A stretch of DNA of 27,882 nt. Origin: Candidatus Thorarchaeota archaeon. Its GTDB lineage: Archaea > Asgardarchaeota > Thorarchaeia > Thorarchaeales > Thorarchaeaceae. The stretch is from contig RDNZ01000039.1 of assembly GCA_011364905.1 (NCBI GenBank), positions 1 through 27,882 on the forward strand. The letters run 5' to 3'. A program made the position numbers and the translations under genes. Below the pieces are notes generated by a model. The model was not told the DNA's origin. It worked only from the letters and a program-made list of their open reading frames with translations, and did not search any database. Below are positions 17,635 through 26,069 of this stretch, one piece after another (within the stretch, counting starts at the first letter, position 1; the number at the start of each line of letters is the position of its first letter).

Positions 17635-17804
17635 ATAAACCAACACTGAGGAATCGTCACTAGCTCATATAACTGAGCGTTTAGGAGCAAAAGAATGACG
17701 GTTCTCAGCAGTTTTTAATGTCGATATTCTGCCATGTCAATGTTTAAAACATATGGGAACTCTATCCATCCTAGAACTCGAAACAAATTACGAGTCGATG
17801 AATC

Positions 17805-18686
17805 ATGGCCGACGCGATAGAGTGGAGTAACGCCAGTCCTGATCACATTGTTTGGCGTTATCCAGATAATAGGATTAAATGGGGTTCGCAACTCATAGTT
17901 ATGGAAAACCAAGCCGCTATCTTCTATAGAGATGGCAAGGCTTTGGACACATTCCTTGCTGGTCGTCACAAGTTGACCACGAGTAGTATGCCTGGGCTTG
18001 TAGGGTGGTTGCAGAAGAAGGTCAAGGGCGATGTCTTTGAAGCCACTTGTATCTTTATTTCACGCTCACAATTTCAAGGCAAGTACGGCGGAAGAGGCCA
18101 GACTAGTGACTTAGCCCCCTTGATGTTCCATGGCAATTTCTGGTTCAGAGTCAAAGAGCCAAAAATCTTCACGAACGAAGTAGTCAGTAATCAAAACGCC
18201 TTCTCAACGAAGAAGGTCAATGATTTTCTACGCTCTTTCATGAACGAACAGATAATTGACGAATTTGCACACTACGATCTTCAGGCAGTTTTCACTCAGC
18301 TTGATGAGACCTCCTTAAAGGTTAAGACGAAGGTTCGAATGAATTTTGAGAGGATTGGTCTTGAGCTTGTGGACTTGAAGTTCGAAGGCATTGACACTAC
18401 AGAGAAGTACAGAGAGCGACTCTTCTTCATGAAAACTGGTGGGGTCAGTGGGCAACAGCTCATGGGCGCTGAAACAATGAAGGAATCCGCGGAGTCCCTT
18501 GGAAAGAGTCCGGGTGCTGGATTTGGCGCAGGTATGGGCTTTATGGGTGTCATGGGTCAGCAGATGCAAGGTGGCGGACAACAGGGACCAGCTGCAACTC
18601 CAGCGGGTGCTAAGTTCTGCGCAAACTGTGGAACAGCACTAGAGGGTGCCAAGTTCTGTCCGAACTGTGGCTCTAAAGTAGGATAA
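17805..18686 (+). CDS. SPFH/band 7 domain protein (YdjI/COG4260-like) with C-terminal double zinc ribbon
   Basis: IVWRYP...GSQLIVMENQAAIFYRDGK...GRHKLTT N-terminus, Gly/Met-rich linker (GAGFGAGMGFMG), then CANCG...KFCPNCG. Confidence 0.9.
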   Translation: MADAIEWSNASPDHIVWRYPDNRIKWGSQLIVMENQAAIFYRDGKALDTFLAGRHKLTTSSMPGLVGWLQKKVKGDVFEATCIFISRSQFQGKYGGRGQTSDLAPLMFHGNFWFRVKEPKIFTNEVVSNQNAFSTKKVNDFLRSFMNEQIIDEFAHYDLQAVFTQLDETSLKVKTKVRMNFERIGLELVDLKFEGIDTTEKYRERLFFMKTGGVSGQQLMGAETMKESAESLGKSPGAGFGAGMGFMGVMGQQMQGGGQQGPAATPAGAKFCANCGTALEGAKFCPNCGSKVG

Positions 18687-18697
18687 TTTATTCCCGG

Positions 18698-18733
18698 GTG
18701 GACGGCTCAGTCCGTCCACACGATTCTCTTTTT
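18698..18733 (+). terminator. GC-rich hairpin plus T-tract terminator
   Basis: GTGGACGG-ctcagt-CCGTCCAC (8-bp stem) then gattctcttttt, 11 nt after the SPFH stop. Confidence 0.6.
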
Positions 18734-18815
18734 GAATTGGCAGTTTAAATCCAATTTCGAAGACAATGGTGCGTTTATTCCTTGGCAAAATGAGTCGGGT
18801 TAAATATATGATGGA

Positions 18816-20756
18816 ATGAGAATAGGGAAGATTGTCAAGAGAATTTCCAAACAGGATATTAGCAAGATGCGAAATGAATCCAGCTATCAAGTTTCATCGG
18901 ATGCAGCTGTAGTTTCTAGTAGGGCACACAAGAAGAGTATTGGATCCTTCTACACGCCTGAGCCTCTTGCTAACCTGATAGCACACGATACAATATTCGC
19001 TTGGCTATCAAAGAAAGCAAATAGACCACTTCAGAGCCTTGAGGAAATTGAAGAACTACGACCCGTCAAGAAAGAGCAGCTTCTTAATGTGACAAGAAAC
19101 ATTTCAATTCTTGATCCTGCAGTTGGAGATGGCGTTTTTTTACTGGCCGCAGGGGAGTGGCTTGAAAAGATACAGGTCGCGTTAGATGACGATGCCACGC
19201 CGAAGGAGCTAAGAAATCATATAGTCAGACAGTGCCTCTTCGGAGTTGATCTCTCAAATCATGCTGTTAAATTATGCAACCAGAAATTGAAACAATGGGG
19301 AAACTGTCTATCATCAAGCATATTGTCCAATCTGAAAGTTGGAAATAGTCTTGTTGGTTTTGTTGGCTTGAATAACCAGATTGAATCAACCCAAGCTAAA
19401 CTAGACAACAGGCTTTTCGGATTGCTGAGTACTGAAAAGTCATCTGAGATTCTGGACGACCTCATAAACGCAAAACCACTGCATTGGTCCCTTGCTTTTC
19501 CTGAAATATTCTCGAATTCATCTCCAGGATTTGATGTGATTCTTGCAAATCCCCCCTATGGAAGCATTCTTAGACCCATTGAGAGAAAGCACATTTCAAT
19601 AGTCTTTGATTTTTCCGTTGGAGGAAGTCGAGAAGGTACATGGAACAGTGCCGCACATTTTCTCGTTAGAGCAGTTTCTTTAATGAAGGAAGGTGCAGAG
19701 CTAGGTTTTCTAGTTCCTAATAGCTTCCTTCGTGTAAAACAATTCTCAAAGATTAGAAACTATCTCCTGAATTACACAAATCTTTGGAAAATAGTGGATG
19801 AAGGTAGTCCATTTGCAGATGTCACGCTTGAAATGGTAAGTATTTTCAGCGAAAAAATAACTGCTCCAAGAAACCACGAAATCGTGATTGAGTCTCGGCG
19901 ACCAGGACTAGAACAGTCAAATGTCGTGTCTTCAAGTGTGTTCAGAAAAAGTCGGATCTTTTCGATATATCATGACCACATAATGGATAAAATAATCCAG
20001 AGAGGGGAGAAACACCTTCTGGTTGCGAGAAGGGGCAGGGACATACCAAAGAAGCATGTAAGAAAATCGAAATCAGAAGAATTCATGACACCATACATAA
20101 CCAGTGGCAGAAGCGTCAGGAGATATGCATTGAATCATATGCATGTTTTCTATAGCGATGATTGGTACAAGCAGGACACGCGTTTACGAGAGTCGTTTGA
20201 GCATGAGTTTCTCGTTGCCACAAAGAACTACAGATTTCCTCGATGTGTGCTTAAGCCCAAAGGAGTGATTCATGGAGGAGGCATAGTTAATATCACACCG
20301 CTCTATGAGGGAGCAGATCTACATGTTCTTGGTTTAATCCTGAACTCGAAACTTGTCAGGCAGATATCAATACGATACCTCACAAACTACTCCCAGCTCA
20401 CATGCTGTTTGAACACAGGAATGATGGAAGACCTGCCTCTGGTCTTGCCCAACCGGAAACAGGTGTACAGAGATGTTTTCGATACATTAAGCCATCTTTA
20501 TTCACATAAGATTGAACCGGCGAAGATGGAAAACATCCCAATTCTAGAAAGACTGGCTGATGCCCTTGTGTATTCATTGTATTTTGGTGACGATTCCCTT
20601 GAAGAAAAAGTAAGCGAAGAAAAAATGGATGTTGTAACTATTGCTCAAAAACCAGACGTTGTCAACATGATCAATAAAATCATGAATGAGAATACAGTTC
20701 TGGAACTGGAGCAATTTGGGAGTTTTCCTCCATCTAGAAAAACTCGTAGATACTGA
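18816..20756 (+). CDS. N6-adenine (gamma-class, TaqI/Eco57I-like) DNA methyltransferase with C-terminal target recognition domain (start possibly ATG 18867)
   Basis: Motif X GSFYTP, motif I ILDPAVGDGVFL, LFGVD, GNSL, motif IV ILANPPY, GFLVPNSFL; C-terminal LGLILNSKL typical of a TaqI-like TRD. Confidence 0.9.
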   Translation: MRIGKIVKRISKQDISKMRNESSYQVSSDAAVVSSRAHKKSIGSFYTPEPLANLIAHDTIFAWLSKKANRPLQSLEEIEELRPVKKEQLLNVTRNISILDPAVGDGVFLLAAGEWLEKIQVALDDDATPKELRNHIVRQCLFGVDLSNHAVKLCNQKLKQWGNCLSSSILSNLKVGNSLVGFVGLNNQIESTQAKLDNRLFGLLSTEKSSEILDDLINAKPLHWSLAFPEIFSNSSPGFDVILANPPYGSILRPIERKHISIVFDFSVGGSREGTWNSAAHFLVRAVSLMKEGAELGFLVPNSFLRVKQFSKIRNYLLNYTNLWKIVDEGSPFADVTLEMVSIFSEKITAPRNHEIVIESRRPGLEQSNVVSSSVFRKSRIFSIYHDHIMDKIIQRGEKHLLVARRGRDIPKKHVRKSKSEEFMTPYITSGRSVRRYALNHMHVFYSDDWYKQDTRLRESFEHEFLVATKNYRFPRCVLKPKGVIHGGGIVNITPLYEGADLHVLGLILNSKLVRQISIRYLTNYSQLTCCLNTGMMEDLPLVLPNRKQVYRDVFDTLSHLYSHKIEPAKMENIPILERLADALVYSLYFGDDSLEEKVSEEKMDVVTIAQKPDVVNMINKIMNENTVLELEQFGSFPPSRKTRRY

Positions 20757-20796
20757 TGCTTAAATATGGCAAACTCAGAATCCAAGAGGATTAAGA

Positions 20797-21411
20797 ATGG
20801 ACGAAGATGGCGCTGACTCTGATGATATGGCTGAGGACCTAGTAGATGCGGTGGATGAAGAAGCGGATGACGAGGTGGTAGATGACGGGCTCACAACCAA
20901 GGAGCGAGAGATTGAGGTCAGTCGAGAAACCGAACGTCATAAGAAGGCACAAGAACTAAGGAAACAGTTGAGAAAACGCCAGTTAGGCATACTCACATAT
21001 CGATGGCCTGCCATTACGCTGATTTTGGGAGGAGCACTCGCAATATCAACTGAATTCCTAAAAGTAATGACCCGCGAAGCAGGAGTTCCTCCGGAGGTCG
21101 GATTTAATACATTTCCAGATGCATTTGTTCGAACAGGTGGTGTTGTGTATCTGTTCCCTCTGATCGCAGGAGTGTTTATGGTAGTCTTGAGCTATTTCTC
21201 ATATAGAAATCCGAGATATACCTGGCTCGCTCTCATTCCAGCAGCTTTGATGGGTATGTCTGGGGGAACAGTATTATTTCTCACTAGTTTCGCAGTTACT
21301 GTAGATCCATCTTTGGAAGGATTGATTTATCCAAGCCCTACTGTATTTTCCATGTTCATTGCAGCAGTGATTGCACTTCTTGCTATAGCTCTAAAAGAGA
21401 AAGAAGGCTAA
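20797..21411 (+). CDS. Hypothetical membrane protein with acidic N-terminal tail, basic helix and about 4 TM segments
   Basis: D/E-rich first 30 aa, K/R-rich helix, then four hydrophobic segments; TTAAATAT box upstream (about 20760). Confidence 0.75.
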   Translation: MDEDGADSDDMAEDLVDAVDEEADDEVVDDGLTTKEREIEVSRETERHKKAQELRKQLRKRQLGILTYRWPAITLILGGALAISTEFLKVMTREAGVPPEVGFNTFPDAFVRTGGVVYLFPLIAGVFMVVLSYFSYRNPRYTWLALIPAALMGMSGGTVLFLTSFAVTVDPSLEGLIYPSPTVFSMFIAAVIALLAIALKEKEG

Positions 21412-21977
21412 TCAGTAAGGAACTCGTCAAGACGCCCTTGTTCCTCTAACATTGCCATCCAGTCTATTCGATGTGGCGATGATCCGTCCTTCATAATCTT
21501 TTCAATTATCTCTACAGCGTCAGGTGCGCTGATTTCGGTTGTGTCGATTTCGAATACTCGTTCTTCTCCGAATGCTTCGAGTGCATCCATCTGGCAGACT
21601 CCAATAACCTCAGCCTCAACATTCTCCGTGACCTTTCCCTTTGAGTACTTACGCTCAGTCAATCGAGTTCTGAGCTGTTCAGGGTGGGTCCGAAGAATGA
21701 AGACCCATTGAACAGACGAGCTAGGCACCAGATCGATGTAATGTCCTTCGATAACCATCCTCTTGCTTTTGTCATCAGTGAGATCCAGAAGAGCATCAAC
21801 GAGACAGTCCTCATTAATAATTCCGGTTTTTCGAGCTTTGTCTTCTGCGGTGATGCATCCCGACTCATCTGCAAAGTCTCCGAGGGCAACGACTTCTACA
21901 CTAAGCTTGCTCCCCAGAATCTTTGCCACTTTTGTTTTGCCAGTCGCGGGAGAGCCTCCAATAAGTATAACAGACAT
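21408..21977 (-). CDS. Adenylate kinase 6 / Fap7 (hCINAP)-family P-loop kinase
   Basis: GSPATGKT Walker A, VIEGH (hhhxGH signature), LRTHPEQLRTRL...YSKGKVTENVEAE, EIDTT. Start at ATG 21977. Confidence 0.9.
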   Translation of the reverse strand: MSVILIGGSPATGKTKVAKILGSKLSVEVVALGDFADESGCITAEDKARKTGIINEDCLVDALLDLTDDKSKRMVIEGHYIDLVPSSSVQWVFILRTHPEQLRTRLTERKYSKGKVTENVEAEVIGVCQMDALEAFGEERVFEIDTTEISAPDAVEIIEKIMKDGSSPHRIDWMAMLEEQGRLDEFLTD

Positions 21978-22077
21978 GCGAGATTTTCGAACCATTCTAA
22001 AGATAAGCTTTGAGAATGAGCTAAGTTGGTCCGGTGCATAAGCAATAAAAGATGTATGAAGTTGCTCTATAACAGCC

Positions 22078-22584
22078 ATGAATCAACCGTTTACTCTTCG
22101 CAAATTTGAGCCTGACGACCTAAAGCAGGTAGTTTCAATAAATGAGAGATGCCTACCGGAGAATTATCCAGATCAATTCTTCATGGGGCTGCATTACCAT
22201 GCGCCAGATGCATTCTATGTTGCGCAAAATGACGGAGAGATAATTGGATACATCATGTGCCGAGTTGAAAGGGGCATCTCTGGATTTGGAAGGATGCCAG
22301 TGAAGAAAGGGCATATTGTTTCTGTTGCAGTTCTTGGAACGATGAGGAATAAGGGAGTTGGAACTGCACTAGTCAACGCTGGGATGGAGGGTATGATGGG
22401 TTATGGGGCTAGTGAATTTTTCCTAGAGGTCAGAAAGACAAACGAAGAAGCTATTGCTGTCTATGAGAAACTAGGTTATACTGTACGTCGCGTTCTACGA
22501 GGCTACTATCGAGATGGAGAAGACGCTTATCTGATGGTCAAGAGGGTAGAGAGTGAACCTGAGGAAGGAAACGTAGATGAGTGA
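22078..22584 (+). CDS. N-alpha-acetyltransferase, Ard1/Naa10 (RimI-like GNAT)
   Basis: INERCLPENY, GYIMCRVE, KGHIVSVAV...RNKGVG, LEVRKTN, YYRDGEDAYLM. Confidence 0.92.
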   Translation: MNQPFTLRKFEPDDLKQVVSINERCLPENYPDQFFMGLHYHAPDAFYVAQNDGEIIGYIMCRVERGISGFGRMPVKKGHIVSVAVLGTMRNKGVGTALVNAGMEGMMGYGASEFFLEVRKTNEEAIAVYEKLGYTVRRVLRGYYRDGEDAYLMVKRVESEPEEGNVDE

Positions 22585-23494
22585 CCAAATAAGGGTCCCC
22601 CTTATACCAGATTGTTCAGCATGCATTGTTAACAGCCTGAAGACAATGATTCCTCTTCTTTCTCAGGACCAGGATGAACAAAACAAAATGTTCTCACTTG
22701 CCTTCAAGAGGATATCAGAGGGATACAACAAGAAACTCCCTCCAATAATATTATCAATTCAGCTCTATCAGGAGCTCTACATGATGGAAGGGGCTGAGGA
22801 TCCATATTCTGAAATCAAGAGACTTGGTAAGGAGTCCGCACTCAAAATCCTCCCCCATGTGGAAGAGAAGATTGCAGATCTGGATGGTATGGCTAGATTG
22901 AGGGCCTGCATAGCTGCCTCAGTAACAGGAAATCTCATTGACTACAATACAGCTGAGCACACCCCTGATCTTGGAAATCTCCTCGAAGTCTTCAATACCA
23001 TTCTTGTAGAGGGATTCGAGCCTGACGATTCCGAACAACTGTGGAGGTCACTCAGTTCAAAAAAGGGAAAGCTTCTCTACATCGCAGATAATGCGGGAGA
23101 GGTGATTCTTGACATTCCATTTCTGAGGTTTTTGAAGGAACTAGGTTGGGAAACGACATTCGTTGTAAAGGGTCAGCCAATGATTAACGATGCGACCGAG
23201 GAGGATGTGAGAGGCACTGAGATTGAGAAACTAGCCACTATCACGAACAGTGGAGGGTGGGCTCATGGTGTGCCTGAAAAGTTTGTCAGTAAAGAGTTCC
23301 TTCGGTTGATGGCAACAAGTGACATGGTGATATCAAAGGGACAGGCAAACATCGAGACAGTGCCTGAGATTCAACGAAAAACTGGTGTCGAGACCTACTA
23401 CATCACAAAGGCGAAGTGCTCACACATCTCTCAGGCAATTGGAGCGAAGAAAGGGAGCAATGTGGTCTTAAGGCGTCCCAAAATTGCCGCTTGA
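22577..23494 (+). CDS. DUF89/ARMT1-like damage-control metal-dependent phosphatase
   Basis: CxxC N-terminus, DPY, GNLIDY, ADNAGE, PMINDAT, ISKGQANIE and KAKC; overlaps the acetyltransferase stop by 8 nt. Confidence 0.9.
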   Translation: MSDQIRVPLIPDCSACIVNSLKTMIPLLSQDQDEQNKMFSLAFKRISEGYNKKLPPIILSIQLYQELYMMEGAEDPYSEIKRLGKESALKILPHVEEKIADLDGMARLRACIAASVTGNLIDYNTAEHTPDLGNLLEVFNTILVEGFEPDDSEQLWRSLSSKKGKLLYIADNAGEVILDIPFLRFLKELGWETTFVVKGQPMINDATEEDVRGTEIEKLATITNSGGWAHGVPEKFVSKEFLRLMATSDMVISKGQANIETVPEIQRKTGVETYYITKAKCSHISQAIGAKKGSNVVLRRPKIAA

Positions 23495-23609
23495 AAGCAA
23501 CGTTTAAAAACGAAAAATTCTGCGAAGTGCATGTACAGTTTTCTTGAACTGGTCAAAATCAGTCAGTAATATGTCGACTGACTATCAGACCAGAAAATGG
23601 AGGAACTAA

Positions 23610-25253
23610 TTGATGAGTCAACAGGTACCGGTGCTTGTTTTAAAAGAAGACACCGAGAGAACGCGAGGCCGTGATGCTCAGAGAAACAACATCATGGCTG
23701 CAATTGTGATTGCTGAAGCAGTGAAGTCTGCTCTTGGGCCTAAGGGTATGGACAAGATGCTCGTTGACAGCTTCGGTGATATTACGGTCAGTAATGATGG
23801 AGCAACAATCCTGAAAGAGATGGACGTTGCACATCCAGCTGCAAAGATGGTAATTGAGGTCGCTAAGACTGTGGATTCAGAGGTCGGAGATGGAACAACC
23901 ACCTCTGCTGTTTTGACTGGAGACCTTCTGAAGCAGGCTGAAACCCTACTGGATCAGAAAATCCATCCAACCACAATTATCAGTGGGTATAGAAAAGCCA
24001 CTCAGAAAGCGTTGGAGGTAATTGACAAGGTCGCAGAACCAGTAGATCCTGCAGATAAGGAGTACAAGAAAATCCTCAATGATGTAGCGAAGACCTCAAT
24101 GTCAAGCAAGTTTGTTTCAACCTCAAAGGACCAACTTGCTAAGATTGTTGTTGATGCTGTCCTATCAGTCGCAAAAGACCTTCCCGAGGACGAGGAGCTT
24201 GATGTTGAAAACATACCACGCCAGAAGCAGGATGGAATGCCTGTCGATAGGACCGAGCTTGTTAAGGGTTTAGTCCTTGACAAAGAGATAGTCCATGCGG
24301 GGATGCCAAAGAGAGTGGATGGAGCCAAGATTGCACTAGTTGAGGCAGCTCTCGAGGTCACCAAGACTGAGTTTGATGCAAAGATCTCTATCTCTGACCC
24401 AGGTTCTATGCAGGGTTTCCTCGATGAGGAAGAACGTATGCTGAAGAGTATGGTTGACAAGATAGTAGCAGCAGGTGCAAATGTTGTCATCGCTCAGAAG
24501 GGCATTGATGATGTTGTTCAGCACTACCTTGCAAAGGAAGGAATCCTTGCTGTCCGAAGGATTAAGAAATCTGATGTTGAGCGTGTGCACAAGACAACAG
24601 GTGCTGCCATCATTTCCAAGATTCAGAACCTGACTGCCGCAGACTTAGGAAAAGCCAAGCTTGTTGAGCAGAGAGATGTCGGCGACGACAAAATGCTGTT
24701 CATCGAGGGAACACCGAAATCAAGTGTTGTCACTCTCCTCGTCCGAGGAGGAACAGATCACATAGTAGATGAGGTGGACCGTGCTCTGAATGATGCGCTC
24801 TACGTCGTTCGTGATGTTGTCATACATCCAGCTGTTACTTACGGTGGTGGTGCTCTGGCTGCAGAAATTTCCAAACAGCTGAGAGACTATGCTGCAACAC
24901 TCGAAGGAAGAGAGCAATACGCGGTCAATGCATTCGCTGACGCGGTTGAGTCCTTACCCAATACACTTGCGGAGAATGCAGGACTTGATCCTATTGACGT
25001 AATAGTAAATCTACGAAAGGCTCATACTGAAGGGAATGTCTTCCATGGCATCAATATTGACAAGGGACGTGTTGATGACATGAAGAAAGCCAGAGTTGTT
25101 GAATCCGCAATTGTTAACAAGCAGATTGTTATGTCAGCAGCTGAAGCGGCTCAGATGATTCTCAAAATCGATGATGTCATTAGCTCGAAGGGGACTCCAT
25201 CAATGGGTGGTGGCGGTCCTGGCGGCGCTGGTGACATGGGCGAGGACGAATAG
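23610..25253 (+). CDS. ths: Thermosome subunit (group II chaperonin)
   Basis: LGPKGMDKML, SNDGATIL, GDGTTT, AQKGIDD, LAENAGLD, ILKIDDVI and a Gly-rich tail; SD GGAGG at 23599-23603. Confidence 0.97.
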   Translation: MMSQQVPVLVLKEDTERTRGRDAQRNNIMAAIVIAEAVKSALGPKGMDKMLVDSFGDITVSNDGATILKEMDVAHPAAKMVIEVAKTVDSEVGDGTTTSAVLTGDLLKQAETLLDQKIHPTTIISGYRKATQKALEVIDKVAEPVDPADKEYKKILNDVAKTSMSSKFVSTSKDQLAKIVVDAVLSVAKDLPEDEELDVENIPRQKQDGMPVDRTELVKGLVLDKEIVHAGMPKRVDGAKIALVEAALEVTKTEFDAKISISDPGSMQGFLDEEERMLKSMVDKIVAAGANVVIAQKGIDDVVQHYLAKEGILAVRRIKKSDVERVHKTTGAAIISKIQNLTAADLGKAKLVEQRDVGDDKMLFIEGTPKSSVVTLLVRGGTDHIVDEVDRALNDALYVVRDVVIHPAVTYGGGALAAEISKQLRDYAATLEGREQYAVNAFADAVESLPNTLAENAGLDPIDVIVNLRKAHTEGNVFHGINIDKGRVDDMKKARVVESAIVNKQIVMSAAEAAQMILKIDDVISSKGTPSMGGGGPGGAGDMGEDE

Positions 25254-25289
25254 AAAGAGTCAAACGTGGAACAAAATCAGGTGTAGCTC

Positions 25290-25970
25290 ATGTCAGAAGG
25301 CTCTGAACCACCAAAAAAAGAAAAAAAAGATGCTGAAAAACCAGCTGAACCCACTATTGAAGAGATTGTAGCTCTATTGACGAATATCGCAGGCGTGGGT
25401 CCAAAGACTGCAGAGAAACTCGCTGCTGCAGGCTATGACACACTTGAGAAGGTCGTGGATGCAGATAAAGAAGCATTGGCTGCAGCAGTCGCAGGCCTGA
25501 GTGTAGCGAAGGCAGAGGCGACAATTGCAGAGGCGGCTGACCTTCTTGAAAAGGTGAATTCTGGAGCCATAGATCTGAGTGGGAAATCAAAGTCGAAGAG
25601 GAAGAAAGCTCCCGAGCCAGAACCTGATAGGCATGAGCTAGAACCCATAAAAGCCGTTGCAAGGGCTGAAGAACGAAAACGACTTGTGACAGGCTATGAG
25701 AAAGAAAAACTGGCAATGGGTATCCCTGTTGGTCCGAAATGGCTGACAAAGTTCGAAAAGGCTCGAATCATCGGCGCAAGGGCACTTCAAATTTCTATGG
25801 GAGCCCCAGTGTTGATTGATATGAAGACTGCACCCAAAGGACGATTCGGATTCGCCGAGGCGGAGCTTCGGGCAGGAGTTTTACCTATGACTGTTCGAAG
25901 GACTCTTCCCACTGGGGAGAGCTATGACATTGCCTTGTCAATTCTCTTGAAGAATACGAGGTTGGACTAA
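25290..25970 (+). CDS. rpo6: RNA polymerase subunit Rpo6 (K / RPB6 / omega family) with N-terminal helix-hairpin-helix domain
   Basis: C-terminal [22 protein letters not shown]...[21 protein letters not shown]; N-terminal [17 protein letters not shown]...[10 protein letters not shown] (HhH)2. Confidence 0.9.
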   Translation: MSEGSEPPKKEKKDAEKPAEPTIEEIVALLTNIAGVGPKTAEKLAAAGYDTLEKVVDADKEALAAAVAGLSVAKAEATIAEAADLLEKVNSGAIDLSGKSKSKRKKAPEPEPDRHELEPIKAVARAEERKRLVTGYEKEKLAMGIPVGPKWLTKFEKARIIGARALQISMGAPVLIDMKTAPKGRFGFAEAELRAGVLPMTVRRTLPTGESYDIALSILLKNTRLD

Positions 25971-26069
25971 TTCCAGCCTCCTTTCTCATTTTATTCAATA
26001 ACGACTACTTGTGCAATCATACTACGCCTTAAAAGTGAGTCATGGATAATATTCCATTCCTAGTGGTGA

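Noticed and set aside
23640-24917. Several antisense ORFs within the thermosome gene
   Set aside because: Mirror-frame artefacts of biased codon usage.
25313-25328. A-rich run as a possible frameshift or slippage site in rpo6
   Set aside because: It encodes KKEKK in a continuous frame; no frameshift is needed to explain the ORF.
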